From positions 231,877 through 295,876 of the forward strand of contig JABJAL010000072.1 in NCBI GenBank assembly GCA_018669005.1: a DNA stretch of 64,000 nucleotides, in the 5' to 3' direction. The first letter of the stretch is position 1. Each line of letters starts with the position of its first letter. The position numbers were made by a program, and so were the translations under genes. Origin of the DNA: Nitrospinaceae bacterium (lineage in GTDB: Bacteria > UBA8248). The notes under the pieces were generated by a model that was not told the origin of the DNA, did not search any database, and worked only from the letters and a program-made list of their open reading frames with translations. This document shows, one piece after another, positions 46,902 through 56,746 of this stretch.

Positions 46902-47627
46902 ATGGTAACGACGAACGATCCTAATTATTACAATTCGCACAAAGGTGGTGGCCACGATCACGGCAACGGCCATGATCACGGTCACACCCACGATGACACG
47001 CCGGTTGAGCGCGTCGAGCACGATCTCGACTATTTTCAGGTGCGCATCCTCGCGCTGGCCGATATTTTGAAAGAAAAAGGGCTGCTCACCACCGACGAAA
47101 TGCGCCGCGCTGTCGAGGACATCTACAGCAAGACGCCTGCCATCGGCTCGCGCGTCGTCGCAAAAGCCTGGGTGGACCCGGCCTTTAAAGAGCGCCTCTT
47201 AGAAGACGCTGCCTCGGCCTGCCACGAGATCGGCATCAGCACCGGGACGATTAACCACCTCGTCGCGCTCGAGAACACCGATAAAGTGCATTACATGGTG
47301 GTGTGCACCCTGTGCTCATGCTACCCGCGCCCGCTGCTGGGCCAGCCGCCCACCTGGTACAAGAGCTTTCCCTACCGCTCCAAAGCCGTTTCCGACCCCA
47401 GAGGGGCGCTGGCGGATCTCGGCTACACCGCGCCCGAGGATATTGAACTGCGCGTCGTGGATTCGACAGCCGACTGCCGCTATCTGATCATTCCGCGCCG
47501 CCCGGCAGGCACCGAGGGCTGGAGCGAGGAGAAACTTGTTGCCCTCGTCGTGCGCGATTCGATGATCGGAGTTGGCGATGCGCTCTCTCCCGCCGAGTAC
47601 GAGGCCTCCGCCGCGCTGGCCGAGTAG
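46902..47627 (+). CDS. Nitrile hydratase alpha / thiocyanate hydrolase gamma-like subunit, cobalt type, with His-rich N-terminus
   Basis: Active-site VCTLCSCYPRPLLGQPP (Co-type C-T-L-C-S-C) and a downstream YKS.PYRS block. N-terminal HKGGGHDHGNGHDHGHTHDD. Confidence 0.65.
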   Translation: MVTTNDPNYYNSHKGGGHDHGNGHDHGHTHDDTPVERVEHDLDYFQVRILALADILKEKGLLTTDEMRRAVEDIYSKTPAIGSRVVAKAWVDPAFKERLLEDAASACHEIGISTGTINHLVALENTDKVHYMVVCTLCSCYPRPLLGQPPTWYKSFPYRSKAVSDPRGALADLGYTAPEDIELRVVDSTADCRYLIIPRRPAGTEGWSEEKLVALVVRDSMIGVGDALSPAEYEASAALAE

Positions 47628-47659
47628 GGATTTGAGTTAGATTTAATAGACATCACCAT

Positions 47660-47700
47660 CGGCGGGGAGGCGAGAGCTTCCCCGTCGTTTTTGTTTTACG
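47660..47700 (+). terminator. Bidirectional rho-independent terminator / repeated palindromic element
   Basis: CGGCGGGGAGGCGAGAGCTTCCCCGTCG hairpin followed by TTTTTGTTTT. A near-identical copy is at 54088-54127. Confidence 0.4.
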
Positions 47701-47711
47701 CGGGATTTTTT

Positions 47712-48170
47712 TTAAACGAACTCCCCGGCGTCCGCCCTCGCGCGCACGGTGCCGCCCACCACGATGGCGGCGCTGATCAGGATGAGATTTTTGATGATGT
47801 ACTGCCCTTCCAGCGTCAGGCCGAAAGGGAACTGGGTGAAGCAGACCTCGGGGAGAAGGATCAAGGGCAATACCGTTCCCGGCATCTGAAGAAACAGCAG
47901 AAAGAGGGCAAGGCGGATGAGTGGGCGGAACAGGAGTCCGGCCCCTATCGCCACCTCCCACCATCCCAGGATCGGGACAAATAGCGCGGGGGAGAACCAG
48001 TAGACTGTCCGGCTGACCAGCTCTTCGGCCGGACTTATGCCGAGGAGCTTGAGTGCGCCGAACCAGATGAAAATGACGGCAAGGGAAATCCTGAGCAGCA
48101 TCCTTCCGTACTTTTCCATCCATCCCGAAATTCGAAGGTCGATTCTTTCTAATTCCTGTGTCCATTCCAT
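47712..48170 (-). CDS. DUF417/DoxX-like small membrane protein
   Basis: 4 TM helices with the FGALKLL motif typical of YkgB/DUF417. Confidence 0.4.
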   Translation of the reverse strand: MEWTQELERIDLRISGWMEKYGRMLLRISLAVIFIWFGALKLLGISPAEELVSRTVYWFSPALFVPILGWWEVAIGAGLLFRPLIRLALFLLFLQMPGTVLPLILLPEVCFTQFPFGLTLEGQYIIKNLILISAAIVVGGTVRARADAGEFV

Positions 48171-48444
48171 GGGGGTTGCTCCCTGTTCACGCTGCGGCGG
48201 TTCGTATTATCCAGCAGGCGGGCCGCAGTTTCAATGGCTCCACCCGGCGGGTACCGGGGGCTGGAGCGATGGTGCTCGAAGGGGCTTGGATTTTTGCAAA
48301 TAAGGTCTTGAATGAGGATCGAATTTTAAGAGGGTCTTTTTATGGAAAGGCATCCTTAGAGATCGTCTAATGTTAGATTAAACAACCTGGGTATTTTCAA
48401 CGGGCCTTTACGATGTCGCTTGCCAATTTTTCAAGGAGTGATTT

Positions 48445-49278
48445 ATGCGGGTGATATCCTGGAATACAAACGCCAGATCCCGGCAAGTCGCCAGGCAGGT
48501 TGAATATCTTAAAAGTAGAGTTCCCGACGTCATCGCTCTTCAGGAAGTAACCCCTAGCGGCGCCCCCGAGCTTCGCTCCAGTTTAAAAGAAATCGGATTC
48601 AAGTTTGTTCATGACAGTTTTGAATTGTTTCGCAATCCGTCACAATTAAAAGGGGCGAGGCGGCTCGGCACACTGATCGCATCGAAGTATCCCGCCAGGT
48701 TGATACGCCGCAAGATTTTTCAAATCCCGTGGAAAGAAAAATTAATATCCGTTTCGATTAAGGCCCCCGAAATTTCATTCGATTTGCATAACACCTATAT
48801 CCCCTCGGGCGCATCTCACGGCTGGAAGAAGGTGGAGACGCTAGAAGGAATCTATCGGGGGCTCGCTAAGAAAACGAGGCGGCCCCGTATTTTATGCGGG
48901 GATTTCAACGCCCCGCAGGTTGAATACCCGACGGGAGAGGTCGTCACCTGGGCCCAATGGATTCGGGCGAGCGGCGAGGTCGTGCTGCGAAAACAATTTC
49001 GGCATGGAGATGGCGCGCGCTGGGATGCGGCCGAGCGCAATATCATGACGGGGTTAGGAAAATTCGATCTTCTGGATGTCTACCGGACGCTTTGTGGGTG
49101 GGAGGCGCAGGGATTTAGCTGGTATCCGATTCGCAAAAAGATAAAGGTCCAGGGAAGGCGGTTCGATCATATCTTTGCCTCGCGTTCCCTGAATGTCGCC
49201 AGGTGTCGCTACCTCGATGAGGCCAGGCTCGCCAGCTTGAGCGATCATGCCCCGATCGAGGCAGATTTTTCTCTCTAG
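48445..49278 (+). CDS. Endonuclease/exonuclease/phosphatase (EEP) family protein
   Basis: VISWNTN...ALQEV N-terminal motif, CGDFN, and SDHAPIEADF C-terminal motif. Confidence 0.6.
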   Translation: MRVISWNTNARSRQVARQVEYLKSRVPDVIALQEVTPSGAPELRSSLKEIGFKFVHDSFELFRNPSQLKGARRLGTLIASKYPARLIRRKIFQIPWKEKLISVSIKAPEISFDLHNTYIPSGASHGWKKVETLEGIYRGLAKKTRRPRILCGDFNAPQVEYPTGEVVTWAQWIRASGEVVLRKQFRHGDGARWDAAERNIMTGLGKFDLLDVYRTLCGWEAQGFSWYPIRKKIKVQGRRFDHIFASRSLNVARCRYLDEARLASLSDHAPIEADFSL

Positions 49279-49492
49279 GTTTATCAGAGGGCGCCGTCGA
49301 CGACGCCCTCTGCCTGCCGAGTACGAGGCCTCCACTGCGCTGGCTGAGTAGGGGTTTGCGCTATTTGGAATTTGTCATCTCATCCGCCTTGGTTCGTGTT
49401 TGTGGCGTAATAGTAAATCTAGGTGAATATTAAACTTTGATGGGTACCGTTGTTAATCTCGGCGCAATGGATTGAAGAAAGGAGATTTCTTC

Positions 49493-49855
49493 GTGAGAAA
49501 GTTAATTCCTGTTTTTGTTTGTGCGGCGGTCGCCATTGTTCTGGCGGCCAGTAGGATGGATGCTTCTGGGGCAAATGCCGATGCCGGTAAGGCGAATTAT
49601 CAAAGATTCTGTGCGGGTTGCCATGGCATAAATGGCAAGGGAGACGGGCCTTCATCTCAAATGTTGAATCCCAAGCCTCGGGATCATACCAATGCCAAGT
49701 ACATGAAAAACCTTTCTGATGAGCATATCTTCAAGGCCATAAAAATGGGCGGCGCAGGGGTTGGTAAATCATTTTCCATGCCTTCGTGGGGCGGCCAATT
49801 GAGTGATAAAGATATTGAAAATATAGTTGCCTTTATCCGAACACTCTCCAAGTAA
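49493..49855 (+). CDS. Class I c-type cytochrome (mono-haem)
   Basis: Signal peptide, CAGCHG haem-binding site, and a distal Met ligand region (SMPSWG). GTG start with AAAGGAG RBS. Confidence 0.65.
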   Translation: MRKLIPVFVCAAVAIVLAASRMDASGANADAGKANYQRFCAGCHGINGKGDGPSSQMLNPKPRDHTNAKYMKNLSDEHIFKAIKMGGAGVGKSFSMPSWGGQLSDKDIENIVAFIRTLSK

Positions 49856-50326
49856 GGCCACGGGATGTTACGAGAATCAAAATGCCGGGTGTGCCCCGGG
49901 AACACCACTTGGAGCCCGTGCAAGCGACCTGCCTCTACTCAAACCGGCCCCAAGTCAAATGAGAGGTGTGCTCCGTAATATCTGGGTCTCGAATAAAATC
50001 CATTTTTTGAAATCAGGTAACAATTCCATGGCCTATACCAATTCCTTAACATTTCAGTCTGCTCGCAATCATTTGTGTCCAAAACACGATTAAAAAGACT
50101 CCGAGAATAGAAAAAGGTCCGACGTAAGTATCCAGATTCATCGTCATATCCAAAAAATTCGCCATTGTCGACAAATGCGCGCCCAACGAAACTGGCTGAA
50201 ATTTTCTCTCCCCCAAATTCTATATATGTACTGTTTGAATGGGGATGACATGCCACTGGGAATATCATCATTCCCAAAGAGAGTTCTGTAATCTTTGGAC
50301 TTGTCCCGCCAAACCCGCTACCTATT

Positions 50327-53300
50327 TCATGAACAACTACCCGAAGTGGTGGAAACCAGCGCGCGGAAGCTGGCGCCGCTATCCACTTTGAAGCCCGGCT
50401 CGAGCCGGATGCCGCCTGTCGCGCTTTTCATGTGGAAGGTCACCCGGCTGCCTCGGCCCACGTTGACCCCTTTTCCCGCGACGATGGTGTCCGTCGCGGT
50501 GATAGAAGAGGGTGCTGTGAAGGCGCGGTTTGAGAGAGCGAGGTTTTTGGGGGGGGCCACACAGACCGACCTCTCATTTCCCAGATTGCTAAGGCCGCCC
50601 GATGCGTCCACCGCCTGGACGGAATAGATGTAGCTCATTCCCACCAGCACCGCAGTGTCCACGAACTGCGTTCCCGTTTGGTCCGAGGCGACGAGCACCT
50701 TCTCGCACGTCGGGCAGGATTTTCTGTAAACATTGTAGGAAACTGCCTCGCTCACAGCTGTCCAGTCGACTGTTGCTTGGCCGTTCCCCTGACTGATAGG
50801 CACCGACACAGTAACGGTTTTCAAGCTGTTATTTCCGCTCTCATCAGTGCTCTGAACCGTGATCGTATAGATCCTTCCGTTTCCCCCGCCCGAGCGCTCA
50901 GCCCGAAGGTTCAGCGTCAGATCTCCCGTAATCTCCCAATCAGGGGCGGTATCTCCGTCACCCGTACCGTTGACCGGCTCGTTGCTTGTCACCGATATGA
51001 TCTTCGAGCTTGGGAAAAGAGAGACATTGTCTTCTGCATCAACCGTTACACTCACCGGCTTCATTTTATGGTCCGGAGGAAAGAGTACATTAGAATTCAC
51101 CGAAACGCTGTTTATGACAGGAGGCGCCGTGTCCTGCACGGTGACCGTGAAGGTTTTTTCGGAACTGTTGTTGTTGGCGTCCATCGCCGTAACCGTCACC
51201 GCTGTCGCCCCGAGAGGGAACGTCGAGCCAGAGACCGGGCTGGACGCGACAGAAACGCTCGCGTCGCAGGCATCGGTAGTGCCCGGAAGACTAAAGCTGA
51301 CAACCGCGCCGCTCGGGCCCGTCGCCTCGGCCACGACGTCGGCAGGCTGGGCGAGGGCTGGCGCCGTCGTATCCTGGACGGTCACCGTCGCAGAGCAGGA
51401 GTCAGAATCTCCCAGATCGTCCGTGACCGTCAGCGTCACCGAGGTATTCCCCAAGCTGTAGGGACCCGGGGGAACCTGGGACAGCGTTATCGGATCGCCG
51501 TCCGGGTCCGAGGAGCCCGCGTCGATATCTGCCGCGGCCACACCGCCTGCCCCGCACTCTGCGATTACTACCTGGCACGAAGCCAGCGGCGGGTTATTCG
51601 GGGGTGCGGGCGGAGCCAATTCGATCTTCGCTATAAAGGCATCATATGTGCCGCCACCGAACGTGGTCTGGAATGCACCATCTGTGGTTGGGTAAGATGA
51701 AGAAAAAGCTATTCCAGATACATAAATATTTTCCTGGGGGTCAATTGCAATAGCTCTGCAATAATTTCGGCCACCTCCCAAGAAAGTAGAGTAGGTAACA
51801 TCTGTCCCAGTGGCGTTTAATTCCAAAACAAAACAAAGATCGGTATCAATAAAATCTGACTGAAAAGCATCCGGAGTTGTTGGGAAATCTAAAGATTTTG
51901 TACGTCCTGCCAAGTATGTTAATCCGGAAGAGTTAATTGCAATCGCCGATCCATCATCTAAATACGACCCTCCCAAATAAGTCGAAAAAAGAAGACCTGT
52001 GCCAGAGGCATTTAGTTTCGTTACGAATGCGTCCCAATCGCCACCCAATGACCTCTGGTAAGCCGCTTCCGTTGTCGGAAAATCTGTTGAGTCTGTTTGC
52101 CCCGCCACGGTTGCATTACCCGACAGATCGACAACTATACCTCTGCCAAGCTCTGTTCCACTTCCTCCCAAAAATGTTGAGTAAACAAGTGCAGTTCCTG
52201 ATGAATTCAGCTTACTTACAAATACGTCGTAATTTGAGCCACTGCCAAGGAGTGATGCCTGAAAAACACCAGGAGTAATTGGGAACTCCGCAGAATACGT
52301 TCCCCCCGTGACGAATGCGTTGCCTGAAATATCAACAGCCAAACCATATGCGGCATCGTTCTCGCTTCCACCCAAAAGTGTTGAATATAGAAGTGTCTCC
52401 CCCGTTGAATTTATCTTAAAAACGAAAGCATCGGTTTGATATCCACCAAAAACTGTCTGGACCGCCCCTGAGGTTGTAGGAAATAGAGATACGGGATCTC
52501 CCGAATAGTCCCGCCCCCATGTACTCCCAGCCACATAAGCGTTACCTGATAAGTCAAGGGCAATCGCAGTTCCAGCATCTGCCCCTCCCCCTCCCACCAA
52601 AGTCGAATATATTAAATTCGATCCATCCGAATTCAATTTACTTACAAAAACGTCGTATTCGCCAGCATTTACTTCGCTGAAAGCTCCTGATGTCACGGGA
52701 AAATCAACTGACCGGGTACTGCCCGTCAAATATGCATTCCCAGTCGAGTCGACAGCGATTGAGTTGGCATTGTCAATTCCACTTCCACCAAGATAGGTCG
52801 AATAGATTAGAGCAGTTCCCGAATCGTTTAGCTTGGCCACAAAAATGTCACTGCTCGATCCACTACCTGAAATCGAAGGTTGATAAGTTCCCGTCGAAAT
52901 GGGGAAATCCGTTGAATTTGTGTATCCGACAATTAATACGTTCCCCAAAGAATCAACTGCCATGTCTACGCCTATATCATCGCTGGCGCCCCCTAAGTAG
53001 GTCGAATATATCAAGACAGGATCGATTACGAGGGGTTTGGACTTATCGTAGGAGGCTACCTGGAAGCTCACTTCGTTTTGGGCGCCTAGGATAAACTTTC
53101 CGGAGATAGATTTTCTCTCGCCATTAATTTGCTGATAAATCACCGGCGCCTTTTGGACCACCTCGCCGCCCGGGGTGGAGAGAATTAGATCTCTTGCCGA
53201 ATTTAAAGAAATCTTCTTTGCGCCTTTAAATTTAAGCCGAATCCGCTCGGGGTCGGCGCCGGGTGAGACGATGAAGTCGAATTCGAGTTTTCTCTGGTTT

Positions 53301-53794
53301 CCGTAATAGATGAGATCGATGCCGGGATAGACGTCTTGGTAGCGTACTTTTTCATAAAGGGGGACCCTCGTGCGCCACTTGGCCGAATCCCTGCCGATGA
53401 AGTAATTGATCTTGCCCGCCAGCTGGGCTTCGCCCGCCATCTCGGGATTTTTCTTCGCGCCGATAAGGCTCATCCGGAGGACATCGGACGCGCGGAGGCC
53501 ACCGCCAACCGGAAGAGAGCCTAGGCGGTCCGCCGCGCTTTTCTTTGGCGAGGGTTTATAGAGGGAGAGCACTGCTTCGCTGGGTGTGAGGTAAAGGGTG
53601 TAGCCACGGCTTCTGGCGAGGTACTTAACCTGCCCGTCCGTTTGACCCTGGTTTTTTTCAAATGAGAGCGGGGTCTTGCTGAATGATTTGATCAAATGCC
53701 CATGATTTGTTTTTTTGGCGTATGCCCCCGCTGGAATCAGCAGCAAAAAGGCAAAATAGATGGTGAAAATCACGCCTGCGGTTCGTGTAGACAT
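50327..53794 (-). CDS. Large secreted beta-propeller (SBBP-type) repeat protein with C-terminal Ig/HYR/FN3-like domains (~1155 aa)
   Basis: Signal peptide; about 9 repeats of the pattern LxYSTYLGG..D.G..IAVD..GN.Y..G.T.S.DFP; Ig-like C-terminal region. AAGAGG RBS before ATG 53794. Confidence 0.6.
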   Translation of the reverse strand: MSTRTAGVIFTIYFAFLLLIPAGAYAKKTNHGHLIKSFSKTPLSFEKNQGQTDGQVKYLARSRGYTLYLTPSEAVLSLYKPSPKKSAADRLGSLPVGGGLRASDVLRMSLIGAKKNPEMAGEAQLAGKINYFIGRDSAKWRTRVPLYEKVRYQDVYPGIDLIYYGNQRKLEFDFIVSPGADPERIRLKFKGAKKISLNSARDLILSTPGGEVVQKAPVIYQQINGERKSISGKFILGAQNEVSFQVASYDKSKPLVIDPVLIYSTYLGGASDDIGVDMAVDSLGNVLIVGYTNSTDFPISTGTYQPSISGSGSSSDIFVAKLNDSGTALIYSTYLGGSGIDNANSIAVDSTGNAYLTGSTRSVDFPVTSGAFSEVNAGEYDVFVSKLNSDGSNLIYSTLVGGGGADAGTAIALDLSGNAYVAGSTWGRDYSGDPVSLFPTTSGAVQTVFGGYQTDAFVFKINSTGETLLYSTLLGGSENDAAYGLAVDISGNAFVTGGTYSAEFPITPGVFQASLLGSGSNYDVFVSKLNSSGTALVYSTFLGGSGTELGRGIVVDLSGNATVAGQTDSTDFPTTEAAYQRSLGGDWDAFVTKLNASGTGLLFSTYLGGSYLDDGSAIAINSSGLTYLAGRTKSLDFPTTPDAFQSDFIDTDLCFVLELNATGTDVTYSTFLGGGRNYCRAIAIDPQENIYVSGIAFSSSYPTTDGAFQTTFGGGTYDAFIAKIELAPPAPPNNPPLASCQVVIAECGAGGVAAADIDAGSSDPDGDPITLSQVPPGPYSLGNTSVTLTVTDDLGDSDSCSATVTVQDTTAPALAQPADVVAEATGPSGAVVSFSLPGTTDACDASVSVASSPVSGSTFPLGATAVTVTAMDANNNSSEKTFTVTVQDTAPPVINSVSVNSNVLFPPDHKMKPVSVTVDAEDNVSLFPSSKIISVTSNEPVNGTGDGDTAPDWEITGDLTLNLRAERSGGGNGRIYTITVQSTDESGNNSLKTVTVSVPISQGNGQATVDWTAVSEAVSYNVYRKSCPTCEKVLVASDQTGTQFVDTAVLVGMSYIYSVQAVDASGGLSNLGNERSVCVAPPKNLALSNRAFTAPSSITATDTIVAGKGVNVGRGSRVTFHMKSATGGIRLEPGFKVDSGASFRALVSTTSGSCS

Positions 53795-54087
53795 GAGGAA
53801 GCCTCTTTCAATGAGAAAAATTGACTTCAAATACCTCAGGGTCATATCAAATTGTAATGGCCTAAGAGATTCGCCGGGCTTGAAGGATGTTATTATTTAA
53901 TGATATCGATGGCCCGTATTAGATATTCTTAATATGGGAATTCTTCTCCTCTTTATCTAGGATCAAAATCGAGTAAAGTGATTTTGGTTACAAAAAAAAG
54001 TGACCCAAATCACACTTTAGATAGCGGGAGTTTTTCGGCGGGGTTCGGCACTACAATTTTCGAACTGGCGATCCAAGGGCCCTACTG

Positions 54088-54127
54088 CGGCGGGGCGGCG
54101 AGAGCTTCCCCGCCGGTTAAATTTTTT
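54088..54127 (+). repeat. Second copy of palindromic terminator-like element (CGGCGGGGCGGCGAGAGCTTCCCCGCCGG + T-tract)
   Basis: About 90% identical to the element at 47660-47700; lies immediately 3' of the MFS gene at 54126. Confidence 0.35.
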
Positions 54128-55415
54128 AGGATTCTGCTTCGGGTTTCTTCATTCGCCCGAGCGCTACGGCGAGAAGGTAGCCAGCCACAAAAATAGCGAC
54201 CATCAGAAAAAACGCTTCCAGGTAGCCACCCGAGGCATCATAGAGCGCACCGGTTGCCCATGCGCCCAGCGCCCCGAAAACGCTGAAGACCACCATGATC
54301 GCCCCGTTCAGTTTGCCAAAACCTGGCCCCTCGAAATGGTCAGCGGTCATGGTCGAGATAGTCGGGCGAAGCAGCCCTATGGAGAGGCCCGACAGCGCCG
54401 CGCCAAAATGGAACTGCAAGGGATTTGCGCCTGGCCCGAACAGGGCAAGTGTGAACATCGCCGCTATTCCCAAGGCGGTGCCGATTAGGTGGGTGGGCGT
54501 GCGACCGATTCGATCAGAAATGGCGCTCGCGAAATTCCCCGCCATGATGCAGAACCCCCAGATGAGGAAAATGATGCTCGCCCCGGAGAGCGTGAAGCCC
54601 TGGTCCGTCGCATGGGGAACAAGATGGACCGCCGTTCCAGTAAAAATATATGCCAAAGAGGCGTAGACCCCGCCGAGCAGCAAAAAGCGAAGTGTCAAAA
54701 TTCGGCTCATAAGGCTTGGTGGTGCGGGAGCTTCCATCGGGAGGGGAATCGTTCGCTGAGCGGCGATGGACATCCGCTCCTCGAAGTCTAAAAAAGGCGC
54801 GTCCGGCACCGTGTCTTTTTCCTCGGGGCTGTTTCTTAAAAACAGTGCCGCGAGCGGGCAGGCGAACAGGATGATGAAGATGGCCAGGGCGATGTAGCTC
54901 ATTCGCCAGCCGATCATGGCGATCAGAGGCGGCATCGCCAGGTTAAGCATGGGGGCGAGGCCCTGTGAGGAGGTGGAGATGCCCATCGCCAGGCCGCGCC
55001 GCTTATTAAACCAGTTCGAGAGGATGTAGACCTGGGGAATGAAGGTGGCCAGCGCAAAGCCCACCGAAAGCAAGGCGTACATGGCATAGAGTTGCCAGAG
55101 GCTGTGGATGGTAAAGCCGATTAGAAAAGAGGAGCCGCCGATGAAAATCCCCGCCGAGATTGTCCAGCGCATGCTCCAGCGGTCGCTCAGCCACCCGGAA
55201 ATGGGTGAGGTGAGACCCTGGAAAATCATGCCAATCGAATAGGCGGCGGCAATTTGTGCGCGGTTCCAGCCGAATTCAGCCGACATTTCCTTGAAGAAAA
55301 AGCCCAGCGAATTGCGCGCCCCGATCAGGATGGCCATGACCGTGAACATGACGGCGAGTATCACCCAGCCGTACCAAATACGGGGTTTGAGGCGCTCTTC
55401 GATAGAACGGCTCAT
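54126..55415 (-). CDS. MFS transporter (oxalate/formate antiporter-like)
   Basis: 12 TM; N-terminal YGWVIL...G and FGWNR motifs. Confidence 0.6.
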   Translation of the reverse strand: MSRSIEERLKPRIWYGWVILAVMFTVMAILIGARNSLGFFFKEMSAEFGWNRAQIAAAYSIGMIFQGLTSPISGWLSDRWSMRWTISAGIFIGGSSFLIGFTIHSLWQLYAMYALLSVGFALATFIPQVYILSNWFNKRRGLAMGISTSSQGLAPMLNLAMPPLIAMIGWRMSYIALAIFIILFACPLAALFLRNSPEEKDTVPDAPFLDFEERMSIAAQRTIPLPMEAPAPPSLMSRILTLRFLLLGGVYASLAYIFTGTAVHLVPHATDQGFTLSGASIIFLIWGFCIMAGNFASAISDRIGRTPTHLIGTALGIAAMFTLALFGPGANPLQFHFGAALSGLSIGLLRPTISTMTADHFEGPGFGKLNGAIMVVFSVFGALGAWATGALYDASGGYLEAFFLMVAIFVAGYLLAVALGRMKKPEAES

Positions 55416-56746
55416 TTAGCGTCCTCCGCCCCGGGGCGTTTTAATTTCTCAAGCGTCGCCGCAGAAAAACAACTACACAAAAATATTGTCGAAAGAAGAA
55501 TCGCCCCTTCTCGATAGCGGCCCGTCAGGTCAAAAAGATATCCGAGGGTAATGGGCCCCAGCGCGCCAGAAAACGCGAAGAGCATCATCATTGTTCCGTT
55601 CACGCGGCCAAAGTTTGGGCCGCCGAAATGATCGGCCAATAGAGCGGCGATCGTGGGTCGCGCCATGCCGATGCCGATTCCAGCGAAAATGGTTCCGGTG
55701 ATTAGCTGGTAAGCTCCTCCGCCGAGGAGCGAGGCGAGCAAAAGGCAGGCCACTGCGACCATAATTGTGCCAATCATGTAGGTGAGCGTTCTTCCGATGC
55801 GATCCGAAATGCCGCTCGAAAGGTTGCCGGTGCAAACCGAGAGCCCGAACGTGGTGAATAGCGCGGCTCCGCCGGATGGCGAGAAGCCGCTGTCCGTCAC
55901 CAGCGGGACAAGGTGGACGACGATGGCGGTAAAGCTGAAGCCGCTGGCACCAAAAATTCCATAAAGAAGGGCAAATCTGAGGGAGAAAACCTGTTCGCTC
56001 GGAAATCTCGATATGGTGGGCTTGGCATTTTTGATTAACGAGGCTTTGGCCCGCGCGCTAGCGATTTCCTCTGAATTAAGAAATGGTGCATCGGCTACTG
56101 TCCCTTTATCCGAAGGAAAATCCCGGATGAAGATGACAACGAGTGGCAACGTTACAAACAGGGTAAGCCCCGAGAAAACCAGATAGGTCTCCCGCCAGCC
56201 TAGCCAGGCAATTAGCGATGCGATAATCACGCTGGTCGCGAAGGCGAGGCCTTGTGCCGAGTACGAGAGCCCGAAGGCCAGTCCGCGCTTTCGGACAAAC
56301 CAGTTCGACAGAACCTGCACCTGGGGCACATGGGTCGCCGCACCAAATCCGAGCGAAAGAAGAAAGTTCATCAAGTAAAGTTGCCAGAGGGCGTTCACGA
56401 AATAGCCCATGAACATTCCCAGGCCAAAGAGGAGCACCCCGAGCGACATCGTCCAGCGGATGCTCCACCTGTCGAGCATCAAGCCCACGAATGGCGCACT
56501 TATCGCGAAACCAACCATTCCCACTGAAAAGGCGCCCGAGGTCTGTGCGCGGTTCCAGCCAAATTCGGTCGAGAGCGTTTTGAAGAAAACGCCGAATGAG
56601 GTGCGCGTCCCGATTAAAGAGCACAGAACGATGAACACGACGAAGAGGATTATCCATCCGTACCAGAGGGCAAAGCGGCTCGCCTCGCCGGATTGTGGCT
56701 GGGCCTGGTTACTCATTAGGTATTTGTTCCGTGGTGTTGAATCCAA
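55412..56746 (-). CDS. MFS transporter, tandem paralog of the previous gene
   Basis: Same conserved blocks (WYGWIILFVV...FGWNRAQ); stop overlaps the next start by 4 nt. Possible alternative ATG start at 56716. Confidence 0.6.
   Translation of the reverse strand: MDSTPRNKYLMSNQAQPQSGEASRFALWYGWIILFVVFIVLCSLIGTRTSFGVFFKTLSTEFGWNRAQTSGAFSVGMVGFAISAPFVGLMLDRWSIRWTMSLGVLLFGLGMFMGYFVNALWQLYLMNFLLSLGFGAATHVPQVQVLSNWFVRKRGLAFGLSYSAQGLAFATSVIIASLIAWLGWRETYLVFSGLTLFVTLPLVVIFIRDFPSDKGTVADAPFLNSEEIASARAKASLIKNAKPTISRFPSEQVFSLRFALLYGIFGASGFSFTAIVVHLVPLVTDSGFSPSGGAALFTTFGLSVCTGNLSSGISDRIGRTLTYMIGTIMVAVACLLLASLLGGGAYQLITGTIFAGIGIGMARPTIAALLADHFGGPNFGRVNGTMMMLFAFSGALGPITLGYLFDLTGRYREGAILLSTIFLCSCFSAATLEKLKRPGAEDAK

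Noticed and set aside
53978-54196. 72-aa ORF in the intergenic region between the large beta-propeller gene and the MFS gene
   Set aside because: No RBS, overlaps a terminator-like palindrome, and has no family.
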